This document shows positions 14,154 to 29,092 of a stretch of 64,000 nucleotides of DNA, one piece after another. Each line of letters begins with the position of its first letter. Within the stretch, counting starts at the first letter, position 1. The notes under the pieces were generated by a model that worked only from the letters and a program-made list of their open reading frames with translations, did no database searches and was not told the DNA's origin. The position numbers and the translations under genes were made by a program. Source of the DNA: Octopus vulgaris (Eukaryota); the NCBI GenBank assembly GCA_951406725.2, contig OX597822.1, forward strand, positions 108,686,001-108,750,000, read 5' to 3'.

Positions 14154-15713
14154 CATGGGGTGGTACAGGTGTATGTATATATGTATGTGCCGAAATACAT
14201 TGGCAATATTTAGGCAGTAATTATTTATCGCATTCATTTAACATTTACGTTTCCTATTTTTCGCGTTTGTATTGCCAGCGTTCTGATGGATTAATATTTG
14301 TTTCTAATAAAGCTAAATCTAATTTTAGTGTTTTCTTTCCAAAATAAGTAATAAAATGCATAAATTGCTATAAAAAATCGGTAAACTTATAGAATGACTT
14401 TGCAATTCAAATCCGTTTAAAAGTGCTTCACAAAATTATGAAACTTGTTAGGAAGTGTGGGAGATTAGAAACGAATAATATGTGACAATTTTAGTGAAAC
14501 ATATTGATTTAACTAGCCTGAAAATGTTTGAATTAGTTTGAAACGTATCAAAACAATTACAAATAAATACTTCAGTCCCAATCCTGAAGGCATATCATTA
14601 ACGAGCAATACCACAATATGGTTTCCGAGCAAGCTAGAAATAGCAGGTATATTAAGCTTCACTTTTCTGGAAGATATGGGATGAAGTTGCGAATGCTGAC
14701 CTCAGATTGCTGAACTTAACGGGTGATATGATATATGCTTCTGGTGCAGCATATGTAGACACTGTTGACACACAAGAGGACAACCACTTTCTTGCAACTG
14801 GAAACCAAACATGGAATCGTCCAGTCGCAGAACTTATTGTTGGTGCTCCAGATGAGAATTTGGAAACAGTACAAGTGCAAAGAATTCTAACCACGTAAAA
14901 TGTCTGTTCCGGGTTAATCTCCACTTCAAAAAATAATGAATTCAATGGATCCAAATTATAACCTCCTGCAGTTTGCATTGCTAGGGCATGGAGAGTCAGC
15001 TGAACTTCTGACATTGGAGACATGAGTAAGAAAACATAACAGATGGAGTTTTACAAATGTAGGCCTATGGCTTAGCAACGGGGTTTTCATTTCCTTCGTT
15101 TAGCTCAGGGCTCTTATAGAGCTACAATTATATATATTCGAAGATTGAAGAAACAGGCTTAAAGTGGATTCGTTATAATATATAAAAAAAAATAAACAGA
15201 AAATATTCATAATTACATATATTCCCACGCCTCAAATTTTTGTAAAAAAAAAAAAGTCAGCCATACCTCCAATATTCATAGGAGACTGACAATAGATGTA
15301 GAAATTCTACCAGGGCTTGATTGAAAATGTTCGAAAGTTAGATAAACTACATTTCTTCATCATTTTCAACTCTAATCACCAAGGCACTTTATGCAAGATA
15401 GACAGAAGTTGACAGACCAGAATTAACTGACAGAATACTGAATATGAAACTTAGGTATCGCTTACATGACATTTTAGACAGAACATTTCGGGAGAGAAAG
15501 CAGGGAACATATGGATTACAGAATCTCAAAAGCGTGGAGTAATCCATTGCCATATGTTGCTTGTATTTAATAAAAAAAATGAATACAGGTTAGGACAGAA
15601 TTAGGAGTTGTTTTATGTTTGGTGTTGATAGATTTTAAACTATAGACTGACAGCAAACTACGAGTGACAAAAGATATTTTCGTTTTTCTGTCTCTACCTC
15701 CTCTTCTCAAATT

Positions 15714-15752
15714 CACGCGATCTGATCAATAAGTGTCCGGACTGTTCCTATA
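15714..15752 (+). mobile_element. Possible mariner-type terminal inverted repeat remnant
   Basis: cacgcgatctgatcaataagtgtccggactg resembles mariner TIRs; no partner TIR found. Confidence 0.3.
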
Positions 15753-15898
15753 GTTCATATGTGTGACATCCGATGTTTAGCCCACCTTTTCTAGGTCCTT
15801 CCTCATTCGAGATGGTCTGTAGGAATCATAAACAGGTAGCCCAGTCACGAACACGCCCTTAAATTTTTGAATTTTTGAATTCAATTGTGTTGTTGATG

Positions 15899-15900
<2 letters not shown>

Positions 15901-15982
<82 letters not shown>

Positions 15983-16042
15983 TTATTATTACTATTATTC
16001 ATCATTAATATTATTATTATTATTACTATTATTCATCATTAA

Positions 16043-16106
<64 letters not shown>
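15901..16106. repeat. (ATT)n microsatellite
   Basis: Directly visible. Confidence 0.95.
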
Positions 16107-16108
<2 letters not shown>

Positions 16109-16945
16109 ATTTATCCTTCATTATATCAGTACTGCTCCGTACAGCTTCAAATAACTGCTATTGCGTGTTGATATCATTAGGGTCTGGCCAGCATAATAAA
16201 ATGTTTGTTTTTTTTTATACGCACATTCAAAACGTTTCCCGTATCCGTTATATATCAATTTAATAGCGTGCACGCACACACTCACACACAAACACATACA
16301 CGAGCACAAAGTTTATACTTGTACGTAGGAATGTGCGTTTTCTATGCTTAATTTCAGCATACTTTAATTTGACTATTGTCATCCTAAGGCTCGTAGGTAT
16401 GTTTTTCAATCATATTGTAGAAACTTTATGGTAAAATCCCGCATTCAGAATTGTGAGTGTTGAGGAACAGACATATGCAAATGATTTTGAAATATGCTGT
16501 TATAAGATGAATACAGTTAAGCGCGCTACGGAATTTCCCCAAGTATTAATATTCATAAGTGTTAAAATATCTCAGTCTTCACATTGTATCATTTAATACA
16601 TGTTCCACCAGTATTCACTCTCCATGAAACAAGGGATACTGTTTTAATTTTTGCATACACGTGTGCATACATGTAGATACATACACACACAACACACACA
16701 CACTTTCACACTCACACACATTCATACTCATTCATACACACACATATATGTATTCATATATATGTCACTGTGTATGTATATGTATATTGGTATCTCTTAC
16801 AATAATTTAATCGTTATGTGCATAAATATACACGAATTCGTACTTGGAATCGTAAATATGTCACACTTCGTTCATATACGCATAGCTATCGAAATGCATA
16901 CACACACACACACACTCACAGATACATACAAACGCACATACACAC

Positions 16946-17021
<76 letters not shown>

Positions 17022-18329
17022 GCGTGTGTGTGTGTGTATGTTTTCATCAATAGTTTGATGCATGTGTAACGTCCCTAAAAATTCATAATACTGAATCGAT
17101 TAGCTTGATATCTGTATTGGTGTTCCGATCAGTTTTAATTCCATGATGCATATAGACTATACTGTCACAGTTCATACGTTCTTTGTTCTTTTATATCTAA
17201 TTACTTTCAGGAACTTCTGTTTCATATCACCGAATATATATTTTTTTGATTCTTCCCTTGAAAGAATTAATGTGAATTATAATACTTCATTGAGGCAATG
17301 GAACAATGTATTAAAATGGGACAAAACTGAATATGTTTTCTATGCTCTACTGCATAAACATTACGGAGGAGTGAATGCATATTATTATTGCTTTAACCTG
17401 TTAGTATGCCCATATATATGCCCACGGTCTTTTTTATATTCACCCGGCATATACTTGTTATTCATGTATTTTTTCTCAGAAATATCCTCTACATATATTC
17501 ACTATTGTATATATGTTCAGTATTAGAAATTCATTGATTTCTTTTTTCATGCATATTCAGTAGGTGAATCGACTTTGTGCTCAAGTTTATAAGGTCAACT
17601 AATATACTGTAAAGACTGAATGCATATAAATCGCTTCAATATTTTAACGGAAGGTGAAACAAATGAACATGTGATGATAATGCAATCGACAATAAAGTCC
17701 TAATATCTAAAAGTACATTTAAATCTAAACGAAGATTAACATACAAAACAAAAGCGTGACATCTAACTATGAATCACATGAATTTGCACTTATACAATTT
17801 CTTATAATTGGAGGCTTAATTCCGTTTTGCTTCAATGATTTATCCATGCCCTCAGTTCTATACTATGAAAAGTATTCAATGTTAGCTTATTAATGCAAAT
17901 TGATTGATGTCAAACAATCAATATTACAACTACTACAGAACATTGTCCTCGTTACAATGAAGTTGAATGTTAACATATTCATCGGTATGTACAATAAAGT
18001 CATATTCGTTTCCTTTTGCTCAAAGTCTTGATAACAATGTGTAAATTTCGCCGGATAAATGTTACGGACAAAGTTCTTTTCATTTGATTTGATGGATAAC
18101 CAGATATCTCTTTTGTTCGTTGACTTGAATTATTGCAGATAGGTAAAATGTCACAATGATTCTTAAGATACTGATATATTGTTGTGGAATGTGTCGTTTC
18201 TGTTGTTTAACCACAGGTGAGTCCTAGTCGATATGATGTATTATAAAATGCATTTTACTTATGACAAATCCAATAAATTCTGAAATCAATTCTCAGTTTT
18301 TTCTTTGTTTTTTTTTTCCAGTAAAAATA

Positions 18330-18520
18330 TGATTCCTTTTAGCTAAGCTTTTCAACGAGATTTAGATGATATACGGTTACATTTGACCGATAGTTGAACG
18401 GTTATCGTTTAGGAATCTATTTGTAAATGCTTAGAGTTTTTTTCCGAGCGCCTTGATATTCTTCAGGGCCTTCTTTAACTCATATCGGGCTTCTCATTTC
18501 ACCGATGATAAACGATGGTC
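18330..18520 (-). pseudogene. Highly decayed LINE RT-upstream fragment
   Basis: Minus strand gives ELKKALKNIK...LVEKLAK-like segments typical of the region preceding LINE RT; weak. Confidence 0.25.
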
Positions 18521-19083
18521 ACTGCTTTTCAGGTTTGTGAATTACAGTAGCTTTCAGAACTTCTGGGTTTGCTTTAGCTAAAGAATGAAACCATACTTGA
18601 TACGCTATCTCCCTCAAGCAGATGTGAAATCTATTAATACCCTTAACGATATAGAAAAGGCAAGCTTTCGTAACATAGTTATGGATATAAGGTCGAGACT
18701 TGATAGTTACCAACTGTACTTCTGATTATTGGGACTTTTTTATCCAGAGTGAATAGGAGCTAAACAACAAACCACAAAGCAAAAATAAATATTTGCAATT
18801 TCAGTGGGTACTTAATAATATGTAGTCATCGAATGCCGTTCAAAAACCTTCTGCAACGTCAGGAATAAGTTACATAGCTATACACCCAGTATTAAATTCA
18901 GGTTCTGGAAGTCTGGGGGATGAGTGAATGTTTATAGCTTGCTCATTTGGTTTAAAGTCTCATTTGGTTCATTCTTTTCAGTATGACCTTGTTGTTTATG
19001 TATTTATATTATACTATCTCATTCTGAGTTGTATATTTTTCGACTGTACATACGCATATCCCTGACGTAGAAATACTCACGGG

Positions 19084-19139
<56 letters not shown>

Positions 19140-20154
19140 AACACATAATGTTCTTAAATTTTCAGAAGTAGAAAATGTCACAAATCTTTCAAATTTATAT
19201 TTTTCTGTTATCGAACGTCTTCATGAGTCGCATTCAAATTACTTGATTTAGGTCACTCATTCACACATAATTTAGTAATACACCCAAAATAACCTATTAT
19301 CTTTCTGTAAATTGAATGATTGATGATAAAGGTTATTTCTCGGTTAAAATGATTACTCGGTTTTAACTAAATATTTATACAATTTCCATGGCCCGTACTG
19401 CATAAGTAACTTTATATTATCCTGGATTACACTGCTTACTTAGTAGTTACATATTAGCTTTAATAAGATAGTCAATGACTTCTTTTTAAAAGAAATCGGT
19501 TTGGACCACGCAAAACCGCCATATTAGAGTGAAATATTAATTGGTTAACTTAATTTTCAAACTCAAAGGGCCATGGAAACATCCATGATGTGAATATCAT
19601 TATTTTACTCCGACTCCATTTTCAGTTCTGATTGTGTATTATTAATTTCAATATATTTAGAGTACTTCTATATGAAATCGGAGCGAACATTTATTGACTA
19701 GTATAAGCGGTCGAATCTAGATCAGTAGGATTTGAACATTAATAGACAGCAAGGCGAACATCTACTGTAATATCTACAATTATTTCACTTCCTAAAAAAT
19801 CAGTTCCAGTATTTTTTTCCGTATGAGATACGAAAATATTGTCCCAAGAAATTAAGATAATATTAAAGTAAAGAAACAATATAAAACAGGAAACCCGACT
19901 TTAAAGGATATGATATATATTCTGGTAATTGAATTTAAAAGGTCATTAATCGAAATGATTAAACAGAACGAAGACAACAAAGAAAAAGAGAAACGATTTG
20001 CTGATCTCATAAATATTTTCCTACGTTCAATCAAATCATTTAATCAGTAGTTTGATTAGTTGCCATCGATACATTCATCTGTCAGTTAACTTCAATTTGA
20101 TATTCCGCTTTGCTGATTCCAGCTTTCATTCATGCTATTCAAATACAAGAAGTG

Positions 20155-20192
20155 TATATAAATACATACATATCTATATCTATATCTATATC

Positions 20193-20242
<50 letters not shown>

Positions 20243-20265
20243 TGTATGTGTATATATATATATAC

Positions 20266-20347
<82 letters not shown>

Positions 20348-20382
20348 GTGCGTGTGTGAGTACGTGTGCCTGTGTGAGTGTA
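20155..20382. repeat. (TG)n/(TA)n microsatellite
   Basis: Directly visible. Confidence 0.95.
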
Positions 20383-21092
20383 TCCCAAATTTTAATATCA
20401 GGAAGAGTTTAGCAACAATTTATTAAATAACAACTGAAAATGAAAGTATCAATATCTTCTATTAAAATATGTACTGATACTACAACAATAATATCTACAA
20501 AAATAAAGAAATGTATTCGAAAACAAAACGTAAACTAAAGACATTACAAGAAGATAAATGGAATTAATTGAGTGTTTACGGAAGTTTAACTATGTCGAAA
20601 ACGCTTTGGACATAAATAGTCCGAATAATCGATGAATACTTTGTGAGTAGAAGAAATAGCATAAACGTGTAGAACACTGCAAAAGAAACAAAAATAAAAA
20701 AAAGACCATAATATTTTTTAATATAATATATGATTCTGTGAAGAATAATTTAATGTACACATACATTCATATATACACTAACTTACACACATAGGCACAC
20801 ATACACATACATAAATGTTACATTGACCATATGGAATTAAACAAAACTAAAAATAACAAGATCTGTGCTTATATTGATTCTTATAAATTGAGATGGCACC
20901 TTGGATCTTATCGTACTTGATGACCGGAAATGTTTCATGGATGAAGATAAAACCACATCTGTTTATATCAGTATTACAATAATGAGACCATCCTTGGTCA
21001 CATTATTTCCAAAGCAATGTCGCCTTTCTTGTGAGTGTTGTGTCTGTTTGCGATATAGAATCTTACAATGGGAAATATATTGGTAAAACATT

Positions 21093-21430
21093 TCTATCTT
21101 CTATCTTTTACTTCTTTCACTCGTTAGAATGCAGCCATACTGGTACACCACCTTGAATAATTTTAGATGAGTGACTCGGTCCCAGTACTTTTCGTTGTAA
21201 GCCTGTATTTATTGTATCGATTTCTTTTGCCAACACAATTTACTAAGTGGTGATGGGTGAAACAAACGCAGGGAGAATGTCACACACACACACACAGACA
21301 CACATACACACATATATACAAAGGTCTTCTTTGAATTTCCGTCTACCAAATCCACTCACAAGAATTCGGTGGGCCTGATGCTATAGTAGGACATACTTTC
21401 TCAAGCTGCCTCGCGGTGGAACTGAACAAG
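21093..21430 (-). mobile_element. Degraded tRNA-SINE (46001-type)
   Basis: Contains ccgtctaccaaatccactcacaag and a similar tail. Confidence 0.8.
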
Positions 21431-22049
21431 GAAAGCTAAAAAATATTCAAACATTATTGGAGGTGAAAGTATTGAATATAAACAATACAAAATGCAGTAC
21501 TTATTTTATGAGCTAGACAGGTACGTGAAGTGTGAACGGTGAGGAAATTTATTTGTGTAAATTTGGAGCAAGTTTTCCATAACCATTGGAACATGCAAGT
21601 TTGCTATATATTCGCATATATTCTACATTTAAGCGTTATTCCGAAAGCAAATATGACAGTATAATGCTATGATTGATTAATGAGGTGTATATTAAACGTC
21701 AAACATGTTACTCTTTTTAAATGAACGATTAACAGTGAATAATGCAAGGAAATTTTACTTTAGACGTTTTCAGAAATGAAACATAATATACGACTTCAGA
21801 TATAATTAGGTGCTTAATTTAAAATGACCTGAAAAAATTTTCCTCTCTTCATATTGTTTTCCTGAATTCGTAGGTGTAAATAATAGGAAACGAAGCAGTA
21901 ATTATTTTAAGATTTATAATGTGTGTGCTTTGTATTGTGTTTCTTAAATCAATAATCTGTCAGATGATGTTTTGTGTTATTCTTTGTAGATGGGTATATA
22001 ATTAACGTGGCATTTGTGTTTCATGGTTCTCTCTGTAAAAGGAGCTACT

Positions 22050-22220
22050 GCCACCCACTTCCCCACCACCACCTAATGCATCGATGTGTACGGCGTCCAC
22101 AGATGCTGCGCTGACGATACTCTGGTTACAGACCTTACTGTTTACCTCATACAGGCACAGGAACAGCTGCTAAGCTACGGACCCAAATTCATTCCAACGC
22201 AACAACTTACTACAATAGTT
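22050..22220 (+). pseudogene. Penelope-like element ORF N-terminal fragment
   Basis: DLTVYLIQAQEQLLSYGPKFIPT resembles the NLS..LT..E..LLSKGLKF.PT motif at the start of PLE ORFs. Confidence 0.5.
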
Positions 22221-25200
22221 GGTAAGCTATCCGACAGAAGTTGGTCTCTATTTCCAGTTTCAATTTGTCATCATCTAAAACACTGGGAAAGCAATTTCGA
22301 TAAAGTTCAAACTTTTAGGGATTCTTTTTTATTTCCTATTTGTTGTATATTCGTAATCTAATTCGTAGGAATCCGAAAAAGGCTTTTTTCAAAAATATGC
22401 ATTTTTCAAGCAGAGGTGCGAAACAGCGTTAGCTCGCTATTTATAGTATGTACAATAATTTTATGTTTCATTTGTTTGTTATTTATGCAATGCTGAACAC
22501 ATATACACGTATCTTAAATACGTTGTTAATCCTCACCTAATTAATAACTTTTCCCTTTTTTTTTAAAAATCGAGCCCATCACTTAGCAGAGACTTATGTA
22601 GGAGGTTTATGAAAGAAATCACTGTTTAAATATGTGTAGCCGGGGTTTTCAGTACAAATGGATATTTAATAGAACTTTCACAACGTATTTTCAATCCTAG
22701 CATTTTGCTCCTTGGCATATCCTTATACTACTGTTAGATTAGGTTTATGATTTTCCGTGGATATTTCAAGATTAATATTGCAGCATGTGGTGGTCGAATA
22801 AAACGACCCCCGTTAAGCTGGACATAAAGATTATCTTTTGCTACTAATACTACATCCGCCGGTAATAATTAATTTATTAAAAGCTTTCGAGCTCACAGGC
22901 ACGCCCGTGTTTAGTTTATATTGAAATGTTAAGTTTTACTTTCCTTCGGGCAATTTATTAACATAATAATTATCCGCTAATAAATTTATTAATATAATAA
23001 TTATCCTCAAACAATTTTAAAACGGTGACTCGTATTAGATTCGAAATGAAAGACACTACTACTTCTCATGAATAAATTTCATTGTAGTTATTTATAATTA
23101 CTCATTAATGGTTTTGATCTGAATTTTATCAAAATAGCATTCATAAGGATATCGTAATCCCTCTTCATGGAATGTAATACATACTTTATTATTAACTTTG
23201 TTCCTAGCGTAAAGTGTGAAATTACCACTTAGAAATTGGTATGAAGATTATGCGCTTTTGAATGTTAAATTAATATTTGAATATAATACAAAATTTAATT
23301 TATTCTATTCAGCGCCTACTTAGTAATTTAATTTAGATTCATGATATTCTTTTGAAGATGAAGATAATACATTAGAATATGCGACTATGAAATTAAGAAT
23401 CATATTTCTTGAGAGTGTTACACACAGAAGAACATTCAGTAATTAACCCAATTTAAATTGAATAATTGTTTATTAATATCTAATTTGATATATGTTTATT
23501 AATATGCTAATTTATGAGCTTTACGTTCAGATTTTGCTGATCACGACTTAGCTGTTCAGAATTCGGAGTTAATAAATTACGAAGTTAAGTCTTAGAGTCT
23601 ACGTGACCAACTGCGATTCTTCCCTTAAGATATTCAGCCTTCTCTCTATAATAGAGAGCGTTAATATTCATGAAAATAATTTGATAATATAATTGAAGAA
23701 TTTAAAGTAGTGTAGAGGAAATACCTTTGTTCTAAGTCAGTCTGGCAAACGAAATAAATAATTGCCTTCAATTCGTAGAATATTGCTAGAAAAATGTCTT
23801 ATAAATATTCAATTAAAGTGTGCTTTAAATCTTGATGTTTAATTCATTTCAAACGTTCCTTTTATTTCTATAGTGTGATATAATGCTATGCAGAGAAATA
23901 CTCGCCGGCCGTTTGTGAACCGTACAAATTGCAGTGTTGAACATATAAGAACTCATTTAAAAACAAAAAAGGAACCAAAGGTATTTTGAGTAGATAGTGA
24001 TCGATAAGGCAATGGCTAGTAGGAAAATTCTTTGTTTTAGATGTCGAAGGCATCATAGCATCGATAATGTGTTAATTTAGTAACAATGATAATGGTCACA
24101 GCCTACTGCGAACTATAATTTCCAGTGAAATGGTTAAAAAGCAGGCCTCTATGACGGGAGCTACCCCCACTTGGAATATAGCCATTCCTATGTTTATCCC
24201 CCCACATTGATATTTTTGGAAATGGTAATGGATTTAATGGACGATCATTCCTGTCGATACGGTACACAGTCACAAATTACTGGTTTTCAATCTAATGGAT
24301 CATTGGACTTATGCAAGTAGCATAAAAGTATTTGATGACTTTGGTTTAAGTGTAAATGTACCAAAATCTGTAAATTTAACTTTAAGTAGGATGAAAATTA
24401 AGAAAGCAAGCTACTACTTGCTTTGAATAAGAACGCCTACTCCATCAACTTATTACTTGCTTCCTAAGATATGTACTTTCAGTCATCATGATTAAAGAGT
24501 TATATCTGTCATAAACTAACATGACACCAGTTGCATTCAAGAACTAATTTAACCAATTCATATTATTCAGTTAAAACATCTCTGCTTATATTTACTGTTC
24601 ATGTTCGAGTTTTAGGGTTTTACGCAGCAAGCCAACCTTCAGCACAAATCGCTTGTACCTATTACTTTTCATAACCAAACGTGATATTACTTGAATGGTA
24701 TGGACACACTCACACAGAGACACACACTCACTCACTCATACTCACACACACGCACACATAGATATTACAATAAGAAAGGAATTAAAAATAATATATATTG
24801 TCTACGTCATCATTCATAGTATATGCAACTCTATAGACAATTTGGAGAATACCATATACTTTATGAAAAGAGGTAAATCTGTCTTACCTTTGGAATTATA
24901 CATATAATCGTCATACAATAAACTCAAAATGAATTCCTTGTTAAATTTTTTGTAGCAAGTATTTTAATACAAACTAAGAAGTAATTTTGTTCGTTAATGA
25001 TTTACACAATTTAAAAGAATACATATATTACATCATTATTTACGGAAAACTAATATTTATCTGATAAGGTTTTAGCAATGATGATCAATTTAATATTGTA
25101 CTCACGTTTTTCAAGCTTTTCCAACACGAGATAACTGCAAATACCATACGTCGCAAATTTTCGGACACATCTTGCGCAACTATTAATTTCCTATCCATAC

Positions 25201-25497
25201 ATTATGAATTTTTGCCATTCATAGATATTAAGACTTAAGGCATTATAAATACAATTATATATTTCAGTGCGTTTAATGCAATTTTCCTGTTAGACACATT
25301 CAGAAATTTACAAAATGGGATTCATCCAAGATCTTTAACATTCCATTTATTCCATAGCTTTTACATGTTCAGTGATACAGAAGAATACAATTCTGTTTCA
25401 AAACTTCGTCCACCTTACCTCTATACTTGTTCAAATTCACCGTTTTATGTTCAAAATTGTTTTCTACAAAAGCTGAAAATCTATTCTAATACAGAAT

Positions 25498-25881
25498 GGG
25501 AAGCACTCCGTAGGTTACGACGACGAGGGTTCCGGTTGATCCGAATCAACGGAACAGCCTGCTCGTGAAATTAACGTGTAAGTGGCTGAGCACTCCACAG
25601 ACACGTGTACCCTTAACGTAGTTCTCGGGGATATTCAGCGTGACACAGAGAGTTACAAGGCCGGCCCTTTGAAATACAGGTACAACAGAAACAGGAAGTA
25701 AGAGTGAGAGAAAGTTGTGGTGAAAGAGTACAGCAGGGATCACCACCATCCCCTGCCGGAGCCTCATGGAGCTTTTAGGTGTTTTCGCTCAATAAACACT
25801 CAACGCCCGGTCTGGGAATCGAAACCGCGATCCTATGACCGCGAGTCCGCTGCCCTAACCACTGGGCCATTGCGCCTCCAC
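25498..25881 (-). mobile_element. Near full-length tRNA-derived SINE
   Basis: Minus-strand head gtggaggcgcaatggcccagtggttagggcagcggactcgcggtcataggatcgcggtttcgattccc with A and B boxes. taatacagaat flanks both sides (likely TSD). A related copy is at 52030-52328. Confidence 0.9.
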
Positions 25882-27039
25882 AGAATAATACAGAATAATT
25901 TAGTGATGAAAGTGATTAAGATACGTTTTAAATTATTGACAGACATTTAGACTGCATACTGGGTGAATATATTGTAGTTTATTTACTTGTACTTATTTAA
26001 CCGAGGGGAGTATAATGTGGTTACAGCACAAGAATGAAAGGAGAAGATTAAGGTGATGAAAACATACATGCATAGCTATTCTGATTAGATGCCACTGCGT
26101 CGGCACCCTGTCTCTCAATACAAAACTTATCTGCATTTGAAATAATAACAAGGATATATTTCTAAGTGTTATTTCTAAATGAATGCCGCAAGATAAAAAC
26201 CGGCAATAAATATAGAGGTTTTCAGTTATCAAAACCATACACTGTATAATAAAATTTATGTTATGATATACTCACAATATATCACTGCTGAGCATAAAAG
26301 AACTAAAATTATACCGTTGCAACACATAAATTATCTTTAACGCCTGTAGAATTCCTGTTTCCTCTATTTTTATTCATTAAATCTAAACTGAGCAATAAAA
26401 TATTCTCACATCGATGCATTCTGTGAGTTTAAATTATTAACCTCTAATATTTCAATAAGTGTGAAACATAGAGACCTCACATAGTGACCTATAAGCCTTT
26501 CCCAACTAAGCAACATTCAAACATATGTGTAGTGTACCTAGAGTCGGACAATTCTTTATATAATAAATTTTCTCTAACAAATATTTATTGCTTAATGAAA
26601 ATACATTTACGGAATAAATGTCTAAACTCGGACATACGAACTGCTAGCCACACATCCAAACAATTTTGTTTGACTGAGAATTTCCCTGTGCTTAAAAATA
26701 TAGGGCTGGTGCGTTATATTTCAGGAGAGGATACTCCATTTTAAGTAAGAATGAATTAGGATTACCATAATTAAACGACTCGGATAAAAATCTGCAGTTA
26801 ATTAGATGTGAGTAAAATATATAAAGGAACAGGGAAAGTAAATAGCATTGAAAATACTTATAATAAAGGGTCATCTACACACAAATGGCAGAAGTAAATT
26901 GACACATTTATAATTGTTAAATTTTATTTTAATTTGAAATTATGCATTCAAATTATTTATTAATTATTATAATGTGAATATCGAATATTTTCAATGCAAG
27001 GACTCTATTATGTATGCGACTGATCAGATGAAGAATATT

Positions 27040-27720
27040 CCCCTGCGGGATTACTTGTCAAATTTCATGCAGCAATCTCATAAGATCTGCTTTGAGGATG
27101 CTTTTGTGAACATTTTACGAAGTGTTCTGTCTATTATGCCCCCACATGTGTTGAATAGATTTCATTTCTGGTAACTGTCTATGCCACGAAAACTTTTTAA
27201 TGCCATTTTAATCTAATGAATCTTGGATCAGTTTTGATGTGTGACAAGGAGCTCCATCTTACATACATAAAGAGTCTTATTTAATCATTTCAGCATTGGA
27301 GAAGGTTAGACGGAATCCTTTCAGCAATATAGGCATATATTTCTCCGAGTTTATGTTTCCGTCACACTTCACCAGCTCTGATCGTCCATTACAAATTGCG
27401 CCGCAGACCATCACAAAACAGATGCTTTATTTCATTGTTGGCCGCAATTTTTCCGGTCAAATTCTTCATCATACAAAACTGGACTTATCAGAGAAAGTGA
27501 CAGTGTCCAAAAATTCTAGTGACCACTCGACCATCCCGTTGGCACATTCTTTTCTTTGCTTGATATTGGTTGATCGGCGAAGTGCAAAGAATGGAATTTC
27601 ATTCATCCTAAACGTAACAAGACCAGAAGCATCTTTTAGGTGTGCAACAAGTTGCGTAATCTATATTGTTTCAGGACCTGAAGCAATTGTGTCTGGGCTT
27701 AACCTCTTCCATGCCTTCCA
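27040..27720 (-). pseudogene. Tc1-family DDE transposase relic
   Basis: Minus strand: [18 protein letters not shown]...[30 protein letters not shown]...M*DGAPCHTS, matching Tc1 FSDES / VMVWG / QDNAPCH motifs, with stops. Confidence 0.85.
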
Positions 27721-27721
27721 T

Positions 27722-27727
<6 letters not shown>

Positions 27728-27776
<49 letters not shown>

Positions 27777-27844
27777 TGTGTGTCTCTGTATACAAATATA
27801 TGCAAATGTATAAATGTATATATATATGTATATATATGTATGTT

Positions 27845-27942
<98 letters not shown>

Positions 27943-27980
27943 TATATATATATTTATACACTCAGACATGTATGTATATA

Positions 27981-28048
<68 letters not shown>

Positions 28049-28050
28049 CG
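27728..28050. repeat. (TA)n compound microsatellite
   Basis: Directly visible. Confidence 0.95.
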
Positions 28051-28333
28051 TACATGATTACGTGTACGTATACACATTAAATGAAATAGATTCGCATGTA
28101 CGCGTGTATGCGTGTATACATCTATACTAAGGGCGTCATCATTGTTCCGTGTGAGGATGCAGGCCTCTATGCATATACAGAGACATCTAAATATCATGAC
28201 ATAATATGAAAAAAAGAAAGACGACATTGCTCGATATTTACTTGAGTGTCCTAATATAATCTAATTAAAGTAGAAATTTCAAATATCGTGATTCTCTGTC
28301 ACGAATCTGAATAGCAACACCCATCCACACTCA

Positions 28334-28400
<67 letters not shown>

Positions 28401-28724
28401 TTATATACATACATACATTAAAAAACAAACGCACATACACACACAAAAGACAAGCTGACAGACATCACAGTGTTTGCATGTATGTGTGTGTATATATTTA
28501 CACACGTGTATCTTTATGTGTATATATTTAAATATATTCTGGCATTGTTATATCTATCTATTTGTCTATGGCACGCTGTTTTTCTCTGTCTGTATCTCTC
28601 ACTATATGTATGTGTGTGAGCGTGTGAGTGTGTCTGTGTGTAGTTTTGTGTCCATGAGTATGTGTAAATGTGTGTGTGTGCATTTGCGTGTGTATGTATG
28701 TGTGTACGTGCACATATCTAATCA

Positions 28725-29092
28725 CATGACTGTGTTGTAAGATGCTTGCTTCTCAACCACATAGTTCAGGATCATGTCCTGCTGCATGTGATGTTGATTG
28801 TCTTCTTCCATATCCTCGGGCCGACCAACACGTTAGGAGTCGATTTTCAGAAAGAAACCGAAGTACGTCGTATATACATATGACTGTGTGTATTTCCCTA
28901 CATCTACGCGCGTGAATCTTTGTGATTGTGTTTTTCTTCGACTGACTCCTGGTGGCTGGTGTTGGTTTTATACATCCACACACCGTAGCGTTTCGCCACA
29001 ACATCTTGATAAATTAAGTAAAATACTTTAATAAAACTATACACTCATGTAGGTTTCTTTGCGGCAGTGCTCCGCCATGGCTGCATTCCGAT
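28725..29092 (+). mobile_element. Old diverged tRNA-SINE (46001-type)
   Basis: tgcttgcttctcaaccacatagttcagg...cgggccgaccaac...cagtgctccgccatggctgca is collinear with 46001-46400. Confidence 0.7.

Noticed and set aside
22880-22905. Minus-strand CTGTGA-gctc-GAAAGCTT hammerhead-like string
   Set aside because: The core lacks A6, there is no real stem II and no stem I.
27296-28057. 253-aa plus-strand ORF
   Set aside because: Antisense to the Tc1 relic and extended by (TA)n.
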